The position numbers and the translations under genes were made by a program. The notes under the pieces were generated by a model. It was not told where the DNA came from. It searched no databases and saw only the letters and a program-made list of their open reading frames with translations. This document shows positions 1 to 12,655 of a DNA stretch of 64,000 nucleotides, piece by piece. The stretch covers positions 1 through 64,000 of the forward strand of contig JALAGF010002968.1 in NCBI GenBank assembly GCA_030167865.1. The letters run 5' to 3'. Source of the stretch: Craspedostauros australis. Its lineage: Eukaryota. Positions within the stretch are counted from its first letter, which is position 1. Every line of letters begins with the position of its first letter.

Positions 1-177
1 AGAAGAATGACATTGTGTGGGTAGTGGGAGAGTAGAAGGAAGCACAAGTTGGCCATGACAATGAGGAATGTCCGGACAACACACGATCAGGCAACAGGGT
101 GTAAAAGTCAAAAATGGAGCCACGAATCTGGGTTTTGCATAAATCAGGATGATTGTGCAAACAACTGACAGGAAGAA

Positions 178-206
178 NNNNNNNNNNNNNNNNNNNNNNN
201 NNNNNN
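178..206. other. Assembly gap (29 N)
   Basis: Run of N characters. Confidence 0.99.
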
Positions 207-714
207 TTTTTGACTTTTGAACTGCTGATTATGGAAGAAACTGTTGTTGCCTTATCATGGGAAATGCAAAATTACCGTCTTTCCCCCCCCCCCTCGTGCC
301 GGAAGTGGATAGAGTTGATTCCGCATCATCCTTGGGCCCAGATTCGCCCTTGGGTCTGCATCGGAAGTATTCCGTTCAGCAAGAGTAGTTCGAACAGGGA
401 GTGCATGAAGGTGATCGTGTCGTATCGCTCCGAGTTCCATGCCTGTCACCGGACATTGCGGGTGAGGTAACAATGAATGGACATGTCCACACCGACATTC
501 ATGTTCGACCAAAGGAATCAGCGTATGTACGCATGATGAGCACTCGGGACACGATACGAATGCTCCACGAGCAACGCCATCCAGTCGCACTCGTGCGGTA
601 CAAGAGTCCATGACGAATCTTCATGGTACCTACGCCAGTACAGAGCTACGTTCTGCCTCTCTTGGATCTTCCGTCCTGTTTCGTGGGAGCGGGTACGAAG
701 TGTGTGTGCCAATG

Positions 715-730
715 CTCTCTCTCTCTCTCT
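715..730. repeat. (CT)n microsatellite
   Basis: Perfect dinucleotide run. Confidence 0.9.
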
Positions 731-973
731 GGTCCCTGCAGGTCCTTTCTGACGCTGCCAATGCCATTCACAAAAGACGATTTCCACGGAACGAGAAGCG
801 TGCTCACACGCGCAAACATGTCTGGTCGGAATCGGTGATGGCGCCGGCGCTGTCGCCCATCACAACGCCTCCACATATCATGGCCCCGACGATCGAAGAA
901 GAATGCCGTCACCCTGTTACGTTCTGCAACGAGTGAGTTTGAATGGGATGTCTCAGGGGTGCGGAAGACTCTG

Positions 974-1000
<27 letters not shown>
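974..1000. repeat. (GA)n microsatellite
   Basis: Perfect dinucleotide run of about 13 units. Confidence 0.95.
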
Positions 1001-1004
<4 letters not shown>

Positions 1005-4000
1005 TGACGAGCCCTGGCATGCAAGGCACTGAAGAATGAGAATGGATGGTCCTCACATCACAAAACTGATGTCCAGGTTGAAGTTGCGCGCATGCGCGCG
1101 TACTTGGTCGGAACAAATGAAGTCATGTGGGAATACTCGCAATGTGTCGTCACATCCATCCATTCTCCGGCCCAAGAGAGCCAGCGTTCCTCTTCTTGTT
1201 TCGTTTCCCACCGTCATTCTGTGCTCTGTGGCATTCTTGCGGGAATACAAGCAACAGAACACGATTGCATCCAACAGAAGGAGAAGCGGGAAGACGCAAA
1301 AGAGCGAAGAGCTTGATGGCGACGCAAACTCACGCACTGAGCGGCGAACCGTGAAGACAGATGGACGACGGATCATGACGTCAACAAAAACAAGTGCAGC
1401 CTGCTTCGCATCACGAGGGCGGCACCAGCAGCGGGTAGCTCGTATGGGATAGACATTCATGAGAGACATCAGTATCGGCATGATGCGGCTCCACAGCGGG
1501 AGCATCTACTTTGTGCAGGTAGCTCGTACGCACGAGCTATGAGTGACACATTCATCTTCCTCGTCTTGCGGCCATGGAAGATTGGAAGACTTCTGTGCGT
1601 CAGTGGCCACTGGTACCGCAGAAGCAGGGGTTGGCCATGGCCGTGTCGCCATGGTTGCGAGGATCTTCGCTTCAACCTTGTGCCTATCATGGTCTTGCAA
1701 CAAAGGATGGATCCGAAAGCCCGCCTCTCTCATCATCACTAGGTGGCAAGGAAGTTCTAGCTCTTCCGACTTGGTGTTGGCAGCAGATGAATACGATGGT
1801 GACGACGATGACGACGCAGCGCTGTCACGGGAAGTGATCCTCAGCAGCTGCTGCTGCCGTTGGCTACTACACGAGTTATGGCACCATAGTGGTACACCCC
1901 TGCCTGCAATAAATACCTCTTGCCTCATCCTCTACAAATAAGCCTAGCCATGGAGTAATCGAGCAGATTAGAGCGACATCAACAGCCGCAACGGCAACAT
2001 TCTGCCAATGGATCAGTTGGCAGTAGCAACCACGCCTGGTAGAGGCACGGACACAAGGAGTGGGACACCAGAATCGTGGCAACAAAGATCCAGCGTCCTT
2101 TTGGAAGGGCCACTTCATCGGAAGATTTGCCACCTCTGCCGATCACACGAAGTGAAACAGTCACACCATAGCCCCCTTGCGGAGCCAGATCGTGACAAGG
2201 CATCTGCCAATGCAACTGCAGGAAGCGTTGGGTAGCGTCCGTTGCTCGCACACAACACTTCGCAAGAGCATGTTGCTGCTGGACCAGTGGCGCTGCGCTA
2301 TGCCGCACTGTGATATCTTCTGGAGAGGCCAACATACACCTAACATCCCGCAGTATCTGGCGAACGCAGAACAAATGGATACCGGCAGAGAGGCAAGGGA
2401 TGAGGGGCAAGGATGATGAGAATGATGACCATGGTGTTTGCGGCCGGTGTGAGTGACGCTCTCCAGTTCTCGCGTGCGCTTTGTCGAACATGTGGGACTG
2501 TGGTGACTGGCGAGGCCACATCCTCCTGAATTTCCCATGATGAGGCAATGCGACAGCTTTTCGCGTTGGGTGGGTATTGGCACCTTCTGCCGGTGAGAAT
2601 CAGATGCTATGCCTCTTGGGCGAGCCGAATGCAACTACCTCCGACGGGATTTCACAGACGGTCGCTTTTCGTTTGCTTTTGGTTTGCTCCGTCATGCCTC
2701 AGTTTTCGTTTTCGTTTCAGGCTGGTTGCTGAACTTCTGCCTTGTGCGACTATGCACACTGCACCAAATGAGTTTGGAATCCTCCGATACTTCGTCGGCG
2801 TCTCTCTCCATCTCCGCTTTGGCATCTCTCTCTCTCTCTTTCTTCTCCTCGTGCAATCAGTGAAGGAGAGACGGAGGACCTTTCCCAGTTCCGACTTTGT
2901 ACGCAGCCTCTGGCGCGGTTCTCCACGGTTGGGAGAATTGAACCCGCCTTCAGACGAGCATGGCATCACTCATCTTGACGAGTACAATCCAGAAGGCAAG
3001 GCAGAATGAGTGAGAGAGCGACGAAGAGATTGGAAGGCCTTCCACGGACTCAAGAGCTGTGGATGCACAACTACCATGCCATACTCAACGTACATGCTCG
3101 TATTATACGCACGTACATACGGATGTTACCTTTGGTGAAGGGATCAGATAGACACAACACCGCCCGAACGATGGTGTAGGTTGGTCGAAATTGCATTGGT
3201 TCAACGAGTATCCCGTGATTGCCGTACTTGCATGGAGGTTGGATGAATGATGGTGTCGCCTCTCTTGGTGGATGACATCGTCGCAACCAACAAGGGGAAC
3301 AGAAGGGTGACGAGAGATGCGGTGGAGCCGCTGTTCACACAGAAACGCGTCCGCGTCACTCCGGGAAGGAGAAAACATCTTTTTGTCATCCACGATCGCC
3401 GACGATCCGCCCATGCGTGACAAGGGGACTTTTGAGTTGCGACCAACCGCACTTCTCTTCATAGTGACGTTGTGTATTATGACTGTCCACAGTCACCTAT
3501 GGGTCATTGTGCATAAATCGAAGGCACATCCGAGCCCTGCGGAGTTCAAAGCAACCTTGTTGAATGTCCGACCAGAACGCAGAACAGCACTAAATGCACC
3601 CCTTCGACAACTCAGCAACCAAAGATGGAGCGATGATGAAACGCGTTAGGATACTTGCGCCGTGGCCATGCAATAATGAGGATCGCCTTTGCTGCCCAAC
3701 TCTCTAAAATCTCACAAGCTGCACCAATACTGTTGATACATTGCTAGGTGCCTTCGTCGGCAGCCTGCACAGGTTTGGTGCAAATGCACTGGAGACATGA
3801 AAGGCGATGCCAATAGCGATGCCGATGGCGATGACGTTGATGCCCTTGCGAGGATTTCCACAGGGCAGGGCAACTTCAGAACCACACCATCGGCAACAAC
3901 TTCAACAGCGACAGTATCAGAAGAAGCACAAGCTGGAACAATTTACAAGTGATGACGGAGTTCCACGCTTGTATTAGCGCCAACCGTGGGAGACACAGCC

Positions 4001-5267
4001 TAAGTCCGCAACGATCAAATGGATAAAAAGCAAGATGACTTGTCATTCCTTTCGAGCGCTTCGGGTTATCAAATATACTCCGTCAGTCCCATGGTGCGTT
4101 ATATTTGATGGTGCCAAACATCTGGGCTCGCGTTTGTGGCCAGTGTGGAGGTTTTGATTGGTCGACGAAATGCAGAGAAGGCTGGTCCCAAGAGCAGAAA
4201 AGCCTCCTGGATGCTTTTCGGCAATGGAGAGATCTTGTGTCCTCGGTGCCTTGTTCTGTCCGTACGCGCAAAGAACGCACGTTCATCCATCTGAGGAGGC
4301 ATTGGTATTCGCACACAGGGACACGTAGATTCACGTAGGCTTCAGTACCACATGCGATCTGTCATTTCGACAGACAGCGTCGACCCATCACATACCAACA
4401 GCGCACTTTAACGTGGTTGCACCTGTGTGGGAAACGAGGACGAATTGGCTGGTTTGGCCCGTTGCGGTACCAGTAACCTACGAGTACGTGTATGACAGGC
4501 GATGATACCTTCGTGTCGTACGATCTACGTGAATTGTGTACGGATGCCTACGAGTAGTAGTACAGTTCGCTATTTGTCCAGCACGATTTGGATGGTGGCG
4601 GCGTTGGGTGGACAACTTCCCAGCGGGAGGAGGGAGCAGACGTGGAAATTGCTTTGCTCTGTGCCGAAACGAGAAGAACCGATGTCGTGCTCAAATTGCA
4701 TGGGGTAAATCGTGCCCAATAGAAAACTCGCGGATGTGTGCGTGTGTGCGCGCGTGCTGCCATGACCTGCGCGCAAGGCTAAGTATCCACATGAGTGTGC
4801 CTTGTGTGTGTTTCTGTGTGTGTGGCTTGAATCTTCTTTTGCGCGTTAACACATACGGCGACCTTAACGTTACCGCACAGTAACTGGAGCACGACCACGC
4901 AACGCCACAACGCGCACACCGCCGACTCCTTCGCGCAAATTAGCACGACACAACCGAAAAAGCGCCACACGCGCACACGTGAACGCACCATCGCACACCA
5001 GTTTGTTCCATCATAAAAATTCAGAACGTTCGCTTCTCTTCGCCTCCGCCTCCGCATTGCGCAACGCAACAACACACCAAAGACCAAAGACCAAAACAAC
5101 CGCGGCAGTTTTCTCGCACCTCGTCGCAGATCTGCTTTTCATTTTCTCTCACATCACAATCTGGCAATCCGACAATTCACAACCGACCTCCAATCCAACA
5201 CCCCACCCCACCACTCCATCCATCCATCCATCCACTCATTCACCCACTCACTCACGACACAACCACA

Positions 5268-6068
5268 ATGGCGCCCAACGCAACCACCAACTTCTTCACC
5301 GGTCCACCGTCCATGACGACGATAGCCGAATTCGCCATGCCATCCGAGTGGGACCAGCACAGCCGTCATTGCGCAGCGGCCCAGAAGCACTCCAATGCCA
5401 ATGCTCAGGACCGCTCCAGCATGACCGTCGACGGGGATGTCGACATGGACATGCAGCACGCCGAGGAGCTGTCCGCCACATCTCACGAGGAGGCGAGCAA
5501 GGTTCTGGAGCAGTGGCAGTCCGACGACGACCACCACAGCATCGCCATGGCCAACGGGGGCATCATCAGCGGCGGGATCCACACCGCAGGTGAGCACGGC
5601 CACGATGTCGACGTGGATGTCGACCTGGAAATCATGAAGGTCGACGAGCAGATCGGATCCAACCTTCTCGGCGAGGACATCTTCGGCACCATGCCGCCAT
5701 CTCCCACCGGTCCGCTCGAGGAGCTCGTCTACATGAATCTCGAGGACGAGGAGGACGACGCATCCAAGTTCTTCGTTCCGTTGCTCGACCACGACACGGA
5801 CGACGCGGCGGCGGCATTGGCGCACGCTCACAAGACCGGCGGCCCCCACTCCATCCTCTTCGACGATCGTTATCAGGCCACATGGCGCAAGCTCGAGGCC
5901 TCCATGAAGCGATCGCGCGAGACGAGGAACAGCTTGCGAATGAAGACCGTCCAGACGGAAACGTACTCCCGCACCAACAGCGTCCACGGCGTCCTCTCCT
6001 CCATCGAGACGTCGTCGCAGCAGCTCCTTCAGACGTACCTCCAGCACATCCAGCAGAGGAACTTGTAG
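5268..6068 (+). CDS. Hypothetical protein (266 aa), acidic N-terminus plus diatom-type C-terminal helical motif
   Basis: Strongly C/G-ending codons and an ACAATGG start after a CA-rich leader. The C-terminal RYQATWRKLEASMKRSRETR resembles the Y..(K)L..SMKRS..(T/S)R motif I recall from an uncharacterised diatom family. Confidence 0.8.
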   Translation: MAPNATTNFFTGPPSMTTIAEFAMPSEWDQHSRHCAAAQKHSNANAQDRSSMTVDGDVDMDMQHAEELSATSHEEASKVLEQWQSDDDHHSIAMANGGIISGGIHTAGEHGHDVDVDVDLEIMKVDEQIGSNLLGEDIFGTMPPSPTGPLEELVYMNLEDEEDDASKFFVPLLDHDTDDAAAALAHAHKTGGPHSILFDDRYQATWRKLEASMKRSRETRNSLRMKTVQTETYSRTNSVHGVLSSIETSSQQLLQTYLQHIQQRNL

Positions 6069-9000
6069 GTACTGCACCTGATCGAGCAGCAGCCCCAGCC
6101 CACCACCTCAAGCTCTCAGGTCGGCATCATCCGATCCGATCAAATCAAGTTAATGGATCCGATCGGATCCACGGTGCCAACCAACGCGCCAACCAACTCA
6201 CCAAGCACAACCCATCAAGCACACAGAACACTCCAACGAGTACGACACCACATCATATACATACACTCTGCATATTGACGCAGCGCAGCGCACTGCTCAA
6301 CACATTCCTTCTCCTGCCGCGAGATAAAACCCATTGCCTGCAATACTCCAACAACCAACATCACTCTACTCTACCATTATTCCAATTCCTACAATCCACA
6401 AACCAATCAAAATCAAAACCAAACAAACACACAAAAACACAGTGCCATACCAATACCAACTCTACTACTCCTATACCATAAACAAAGACAAGCATATCAT
6501 ATCCACCTCATACCCACATCATCGCAAACCAGACAATCATGCAAACGCACACAAGTAGTCCCGGATGGTCCGGCAATCATCCATCGCCGCATCCCTCATT
6601 TGCAATTCGATGCATGTCTTGAAAGAAGACCAAGGAGGGACAGCAAAAGAGATCCCATCATGCGATCCTCACCTCCTCCTTCCTGTCATCCAAGATCTTC
6701 TTCTGCACCTGTTTCTAACTATCAGTTCAAAAATCAACATATCCACTAAGCCGACCAAAGTTAACAAACGCACACACACCAATACATACCACGCACACAT
6801 TCACGAGCACAGGGGCGCAGTTGCGGTTGGAAATACAGTCACAGCCGCAATCGCAAAACGTGCAATCATCGGCATCGCCGCCATCATCATCGTCGTCATC
6901 CAACATTCCAGCCCATCCCACATACAGATCTTGCTCATGTCGAAGAAGTGCAACGCAGTCTCATGGTGCAGGGTCCTTCATAGAATACATCATGCGCACA
7001 CGCACTTCAAATTCTCAAATCCAACGGCCAGCAGATCCTTGCGTCACATGCGAGCATGATGGGGCATGGCATTCGGTTTCGCATTGCGAGCGCAGCCACA
7101 GAATCTGGCACCACCAATGCAACGGCGGGCTTCTGGTTACACCACGAGAACGCAAAGAAGGATCAACATCACATCGTGACGTACGATGTCATCATCGCGA
7201 TTGGAGAGTTTTCACGGGTACTGGATGCAGAGAGAGTGCAGGACTTGTGAAGCGCGGGATGATGCTCGCGTTCCACTTCTGGATTCTCGAGCCCGCCATG
7301 CGCAACAGCGTCATGAACATCGCCATCAGTTGTGCGCACTCGTAGCGATAGGAGGACTGAGAACAAAGGGGAAACCACGCCATGGATGGATGGCGATGAC
7401 GGTGATAGAGTATCCGTCGAGCGCATGCTACAACAGATTCGCAACAGATAAAACAGAACTGGCGCCTGCAAGATGCCAGCCACGAGGAAGGAAGCAAGAG
7501 GGAAGATGAATCCAAGTCGATGCCATGCCTCCCAAAACGAGGCGGAGCGACAGCAAAAGATTCATGGCTGTGGATGGCTCCAGATAATCCCAACGCGCTC
7601 TCATCTCTGAGTACTCGGCATTGTGCGATTATCAATACTGAGGAAAGTACTGGATCGACAGGCACCCTGCTCCCCGCCAGTAGTAGCTTGTACTGACGCT
7701 GTTCTGTTGGTTTGCGTCGTTCTTATCCGTGGGAATGTCTGTGCATCTCGGATCTTGGATGGAACTTGGGTGCTGTGTGCGTTGGGTGGGATCGGAATTC
7801 AGGCCGAGAAAAGAAGGAGGACGCGTGAAGTCAAGTAAAGCGACGCCGAATCGCACGCTTGCGGTGACGCCGCCCCTGTGTTGCATCCCATGGGGGAGAA
7901 TTTGGGGCGACGCGTGTCATGGTGGTGGCATCGCCCAGCCGGCGGAGAGGAAAGCCAAAAGGCTGCAAAGATCATCCAGCTGGATGGAGGATCGCCAGAT
8001 GGCCATGGACTGTGCAATTGGGGGACGTGGCCACGAGCGCCCATCGTTATTATCAATTGACAACATCACTTGCGCGACACTCAGGTTCGTATTGGCTTTG
8101 TCCCGATGTCCCCGACATACCAAAGGGCGATTTCTGCATGGCATTGACATTGACATCGGCCCATGGGCATGAGCGTGGGCATGAGCATGGACAACAACAC
8201 CAGAGCGACCCTGCGAAGCGTGATGCAGACAACCACACACACAAGAGAGAGAGAGAGAGAGATGAAGGCGACGCTGAGAGACATCCAGACCATCACCGGT
8301 CAACTGGGTAACCACAAGCCGCCAAGAACAACGCAGGAAACAATCAAGAGGAAGCGATCCAACAAAAAACCAACAACGCCCACACACACAAACGAGACAA
8401 GCGACCACACAGAATCACAAAAAGGCGCAGCAGAGAACACAGAACTGGCAGCAGCAAAGCGGGAGTGTGGCGACGAACAAACACTTGCGAATGGTCAAAC
8501 TCTCCCTTCCAGATTTCGCGGTGGAACCAAAAAGCTCCGCACCGTTCATTTTTCTCTTTTTCGCAAACGTCAATGGCGAACACAGCCCAATTCGCCGTTT
8601 TCGCTTGGCTGGTCATTGTTCGCAGCAAATGACTCTTGTGATGTACCACGATGTGGGAGTATCGTGCCACCCACCATATATCCAACGACTCACATAACCT
8701 CCTCACGACTGGATGGTCTGTGCGTGACCGACATCTCTCCCGCGAAATGAATCTTGGAATGTGATGGCGGGTATGCCGCGTCTTCGATGCAGAAGAGAGC
8801 CACATGCATGGTGATGATGATGCCAACATTCCACACATTCCAATCACAACCATCAAAGCCAAGAGAGGCCAACAAGGCCAATGACCATGTCCTTCTCGTG
8901 TTCCTACGATTACTCATTCGATCTGCTTGTGCCGATGGCATGTATATCCCCATGATCACGAGTACAAATCGACATCATGGCGGTGACGATGATGGTGTGG

Positions 9001-9658
9001 CAAGACCACTCTCTCAAGGGCTTGCGTCGCGGTCTCAGGAAAGATCCTCAAATGACGTTTCCAAACGATCAGCAGTGCTGATGTCCCATGCATGTGCCAA
9101 GCGTAAATGTGGACTACCATACTCCACTTGTACTCGTGCCACCTGCGGAGGTCATCGGAGGTCAGGCACTGGGCCAATGGAAAAGTATCGTCTCGCAGAT
9201 GGCCGACGAAGGGCCAAGATCTATGACATCGCGCATCGGCGTTGCCCTCTCTTGTCTGGTGATGGCCAAGACCCTCCCAAATCGCAATTCCATGTATCTT
9301 GTGAGGCTTCTATCATACGAGTACCCCTCTCGAATGCTAAATCAGATTCTAATGGCTGTCTCCGATACTTTACTTGTATCCGTGGGTACCAAACGAGGAC
9401 TTCGTCAAACCAATCATTCTGATTGTTATGAAGGCGCCACTCGGCCGTTCGTGCCGCAGCGGAGTTGCGATGAATCTTTGCAGAATGTTTCTCTTTGTGG
9501 AGCAGCCATTTCCAACGCAGCGACAACACGCCTGGAGTCATGGCTAATGTCGCAATCCACGCTCTATTCTGTGCACACGTGTTCGGTCGAGTACCACACA
9601 ATGCAACGAATGATTCCCATGCGTTGCTGTATCTACGTGATGATTTCCTGCAATAACC

Positions 9659-10570
9659 TCATGGCACATAGGGCACATCCAGGTGGTCGAAGAAGTACTC
9701 CCCTGAGCAGAAGAATCCACCGTGCTCGAAATTCACCGCCGCCTCCTTGTCGGGTGCAACCCGAAGCAGATCGTTGACGTCACATCTTCGTTCTATCGCG
9801 TCGACCAACTCACTGCTGCAGAAATCTCGCTGAAGCGGACTCCTCAAGGTGGACAAGGCGTTGATCGGCGTCCGGACGAGGCTGGAATACTCCTCCAGCG
9901 AGAATGGACCCAGGTAGACGTATGCACGCAATCCTCGCATGTCTCGCTGTCCATTTTCATCGTCATCCATATCAACGTGCTGCTGCCGTTGCTGCTCCTG
10001 CTGTTGATTTCGATTCCCGTTGCTCGGCGCATCACCGTCATTGCCAACAACGTCATGCAGGGCAGGATGGATTGGAACAAGGCTGTCGTTGTGACCGGCG
10101 TCACCAGCATTTTCGTTGCCAGCATCACCATCCTCATCCATGCGCTGAACGCCGATGTTATCCTCCAACCGCAACAGAACGATGTTGTCTCCCGAGACAT
10201 TGCACTTCGCGAACTTCTCGCAGACGATGTCCATGTCCCGCAGCCGCACGGCTAGTTGGCCATCGATGATCAATTCCGCCTGCAGCATCGTCTGCAACGG
10301 CAGGCACAGCCGAGAATCCGTCGCAAACAAATCCGTCCCATTGTCCTCATCCACGACGTTGACGTCCAGCGTGTTGGCAACGTGCACAGCGCCGCCAATC
10401 GTCAGCTGCACATCCCTCATGGGATTCCTCTCCTTCAGCCGACGCCGCATCGTCTGCGCCTCGCTTTCCAGCAGCTGCACCTGCTGCTCCAGCTTGTGGA
10501 TCTGCTCTTGCTGGTCATGCACGACCTTGTCGCGGATGGTCGCAGCGACGAACGTCGCCATGTCGCTCAT
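9659..10570 (-). CDS. Hypothetical protein (303 aa) with N-terminal coiled coil, diatom-type family
   Basis: ATG at 10570 gives MSDMATFVAATIRDKVVHDQQEQI, like the MSDLA..VAA.LRDKVV start of a diatom-expanded family. Coding-like codon bias. Confidence 0.72.
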   Translation of the reverse strand: MSDMATFVAATIRDKVVHDQQEQIHKLEQQVQLLESEAQTMRRRLKERNPMRDVQLTIGGAVHVANTLDVNVVDEDNGTDLFATDSRLCLPLQTMLQAELIIDGQLAVRLRDMDIVCEKFAKCNVSGDNIVLLRLEDNIGVQRMDEDGDAGNENAGDAGHNDSLVPIHPALHDVVGNDGDAPSNGNRNQQQEQQRQQHVDMDDDENGQRDMRGLRAYVYLGPFSLEEYSSLVRTPINALSTLRSPLQRDFCSSELVDAIERRCDVNDLLRVAPDKEAAVNFEHGGFFCSGEYFFDHLDVPYVP

Positions 10571-11178
10571 TTTGAATTCGGCGGTTGTGTGGTGCTGTAA
10601 TAGAGTACACTGTGCGAGTATGGTATGTATGTTACCGTGGCGGTGATGACAGACTCTCTCTTTCTCTCTTGGTTTCGATTGGAAATGGAGTGGGATGAAG
10701 TGAAGCACCGCCGTCGTACTCATGCGGATGATAGACTGTGGCCTGGCCCGTTTGTGATCATGGTCATCGTCGCTGCCGTTTCTGTCGCCACCCTTGTCCT
10801 TGTTGGTGATTGTGACTGTTGGTGTGTGTCCGCGGCAACGTAGACTGTGAATGTAAGCAAGACAGTGCCGCCTCCAAAAGAAGGACTAAAGAATCTCCAA
10901 ACTTGCCGTGTGTTGATCAACGAAGAAACGCGCCAATTCCGAAAAAAACACCAAAACAAGAACGGCGTCAAGTTTGAACGCAAAGCTTCAAACATGACAA
11001 CAAACAACCATGAATCATGTGCAGAATGCCAACAACAACAGCAGCAACAGAGCACCTGACGACAATCAAGCCAACCTCTGTATTTCACACCAAGACAACC
11101 ATCAATAAACATCATCGGTAGCGACAGCTGCAACAGAAACAGCAACAGCAACAGAAACAACCCCCGAACACAGCAACC

Positions 11179-12511
11179 ATGTCATTTTCCACGATGAACC
11201 ACGACGACGATCGTGGCAGCAAAAGAACCAGAAACAGCCACGACAATACCATAAGAAGCCCTGGCGGCACGGTCCAGATCCACCGTCTTGGAGATGCGGA
11301 TCGTCGCGCCATCCGCGCGGAGCAACGCAAGCTGATGCGCGAGCTGGAAGAGCAGGATGATGTCGATCTGGAGCAAGCGCGCAAGAACAACAATGCGCTC
11401 TTCGAGGTTGTGGATCACACGCGAGAGGCTGTGCTGGATGGCGAGAATATGAAGGCCATCACGAGCAAGACGTCCAAGTCCATCGAGAAGCTCATTCAGG
11501 TATGTCCTTCACTGTCCTGCACTGCATTGTACAATATTATATCATATTTTGCTCTATACATAATGGCACTGCCTTCCATTGTGTGTTGCGTTCTGCCTTG
11601 TTTCGCCGTCGACTGGACACTCACCACATGCTTGGCCCAACACACCACAACATCAAACAACACACCATATCATGCCATGGATTCAACGAATTCGACGAAT
11701 TCAACAGGTTCCGCGGTACGATGCCAGACGCCTGGTGGACAAGCTCGTGAAGAAGTGCAGCACGGGGGCAGGTGACGGAGGGTACTTCGATTGGTGCGTG
11801 CTGGGAGAAGAGGCGAGCGTCTGCTTCAACGCGGTGCCGCACAATGTGTCATTCTTGAACGGCCCTCTGACGGATGGAGCGGAATTGCAGGTGCGACAGC
11901 GAGCGCAGCGACAGAAGCACGTGTACGACGAGGAGGAGGCCGAGGAGGCGAACCCAGAAAAGATCAAAGAGCAGATGAAGACTCCCGATCAGCTTTCGGC
12001 GATCGAGAAGTCAATGAAGCAGATGCACAAGACGCTGAGGAAGCGATGCAACACGTCGTACCTCGAAATGAAAGAGGCGATGGTCAAGGAGCACAGCGAC
12101 GGGATCCCGCCACCGGAGAAGAAGAAGCTGAAGAAGCACGGTCCCGAGATCAACGCGGTGCAGTTCCTCTTCAATCCCAACTCCTTCACGCAGACGATTG
12201 AGAATGTGTTCGCCTACTCCTTCATGGTCAAGAGGGGCATCGCCACCATCGGCGTCAGAGATCCGAAGGCATCCAAAGATGGCGCGGACGATGACGCTGG
12301 CGAGGACAAATTCAAGCAACAGGCAGGCCCCGTGTGCAAATACGTATCCAATCCGGAGGCCAACCATCCTGTTGCACGGCAGGCAATCGTTTCATTGACC
12401 ATGAAGGATTGGAGGGATCTGTGCCAAGCATACGGTGTGACGAAAGGGGATCTGCCGCATCGGGCAGGAAGTCGTCACGCGAGAAGGCCACAGCAGTCCT
12501 CGCAATCGTAA
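11179..12511 (+). CDS. NSE4: Nse4/EID kleisin subunit of SMC5/6 (2 exons: 11179-11499, 11708-12511; 374 aa)
   Basis: GTATGT donor at 11500 and CAG acceptor at 11707 join in phase 0. Nse4 C-terminal signature FNPNSFTQTIENVFAYSFMVKRG; N-terminal RRAIRAEQRKL and TREAVLDG; FDW..LG motif. Confidence 0.88.
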
Positions 12512-12655
12512 AATCGAATGTCCTCACCATAATACACGACTCGTGTGTAGAATAGATTAGTCAGGTTTATTACTCTATGGATGGACATGTGCACCGCATT
12601 TCATTTGGCGGAACGAACACACACACGGCACTCACCCACATGCGATCCCTTCGAA

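Noticed and set aside
4976-4981. CACGTG E-box upstream of the 5268 gene as a bHLH-PAS target
   Set aside because: A single hexamer is expected by chance at this scale.
5154-6077. 307-aa antisense ORF and the many similar overlapping ORFs (e.g. 15643-16566, 17653-18690, 46704-47603, 52949-54247, 60588-61409)
   Set aside because: Shadow frames caused by GC-rich codon bias on the opposite strand of real genes; no motifs of their own.
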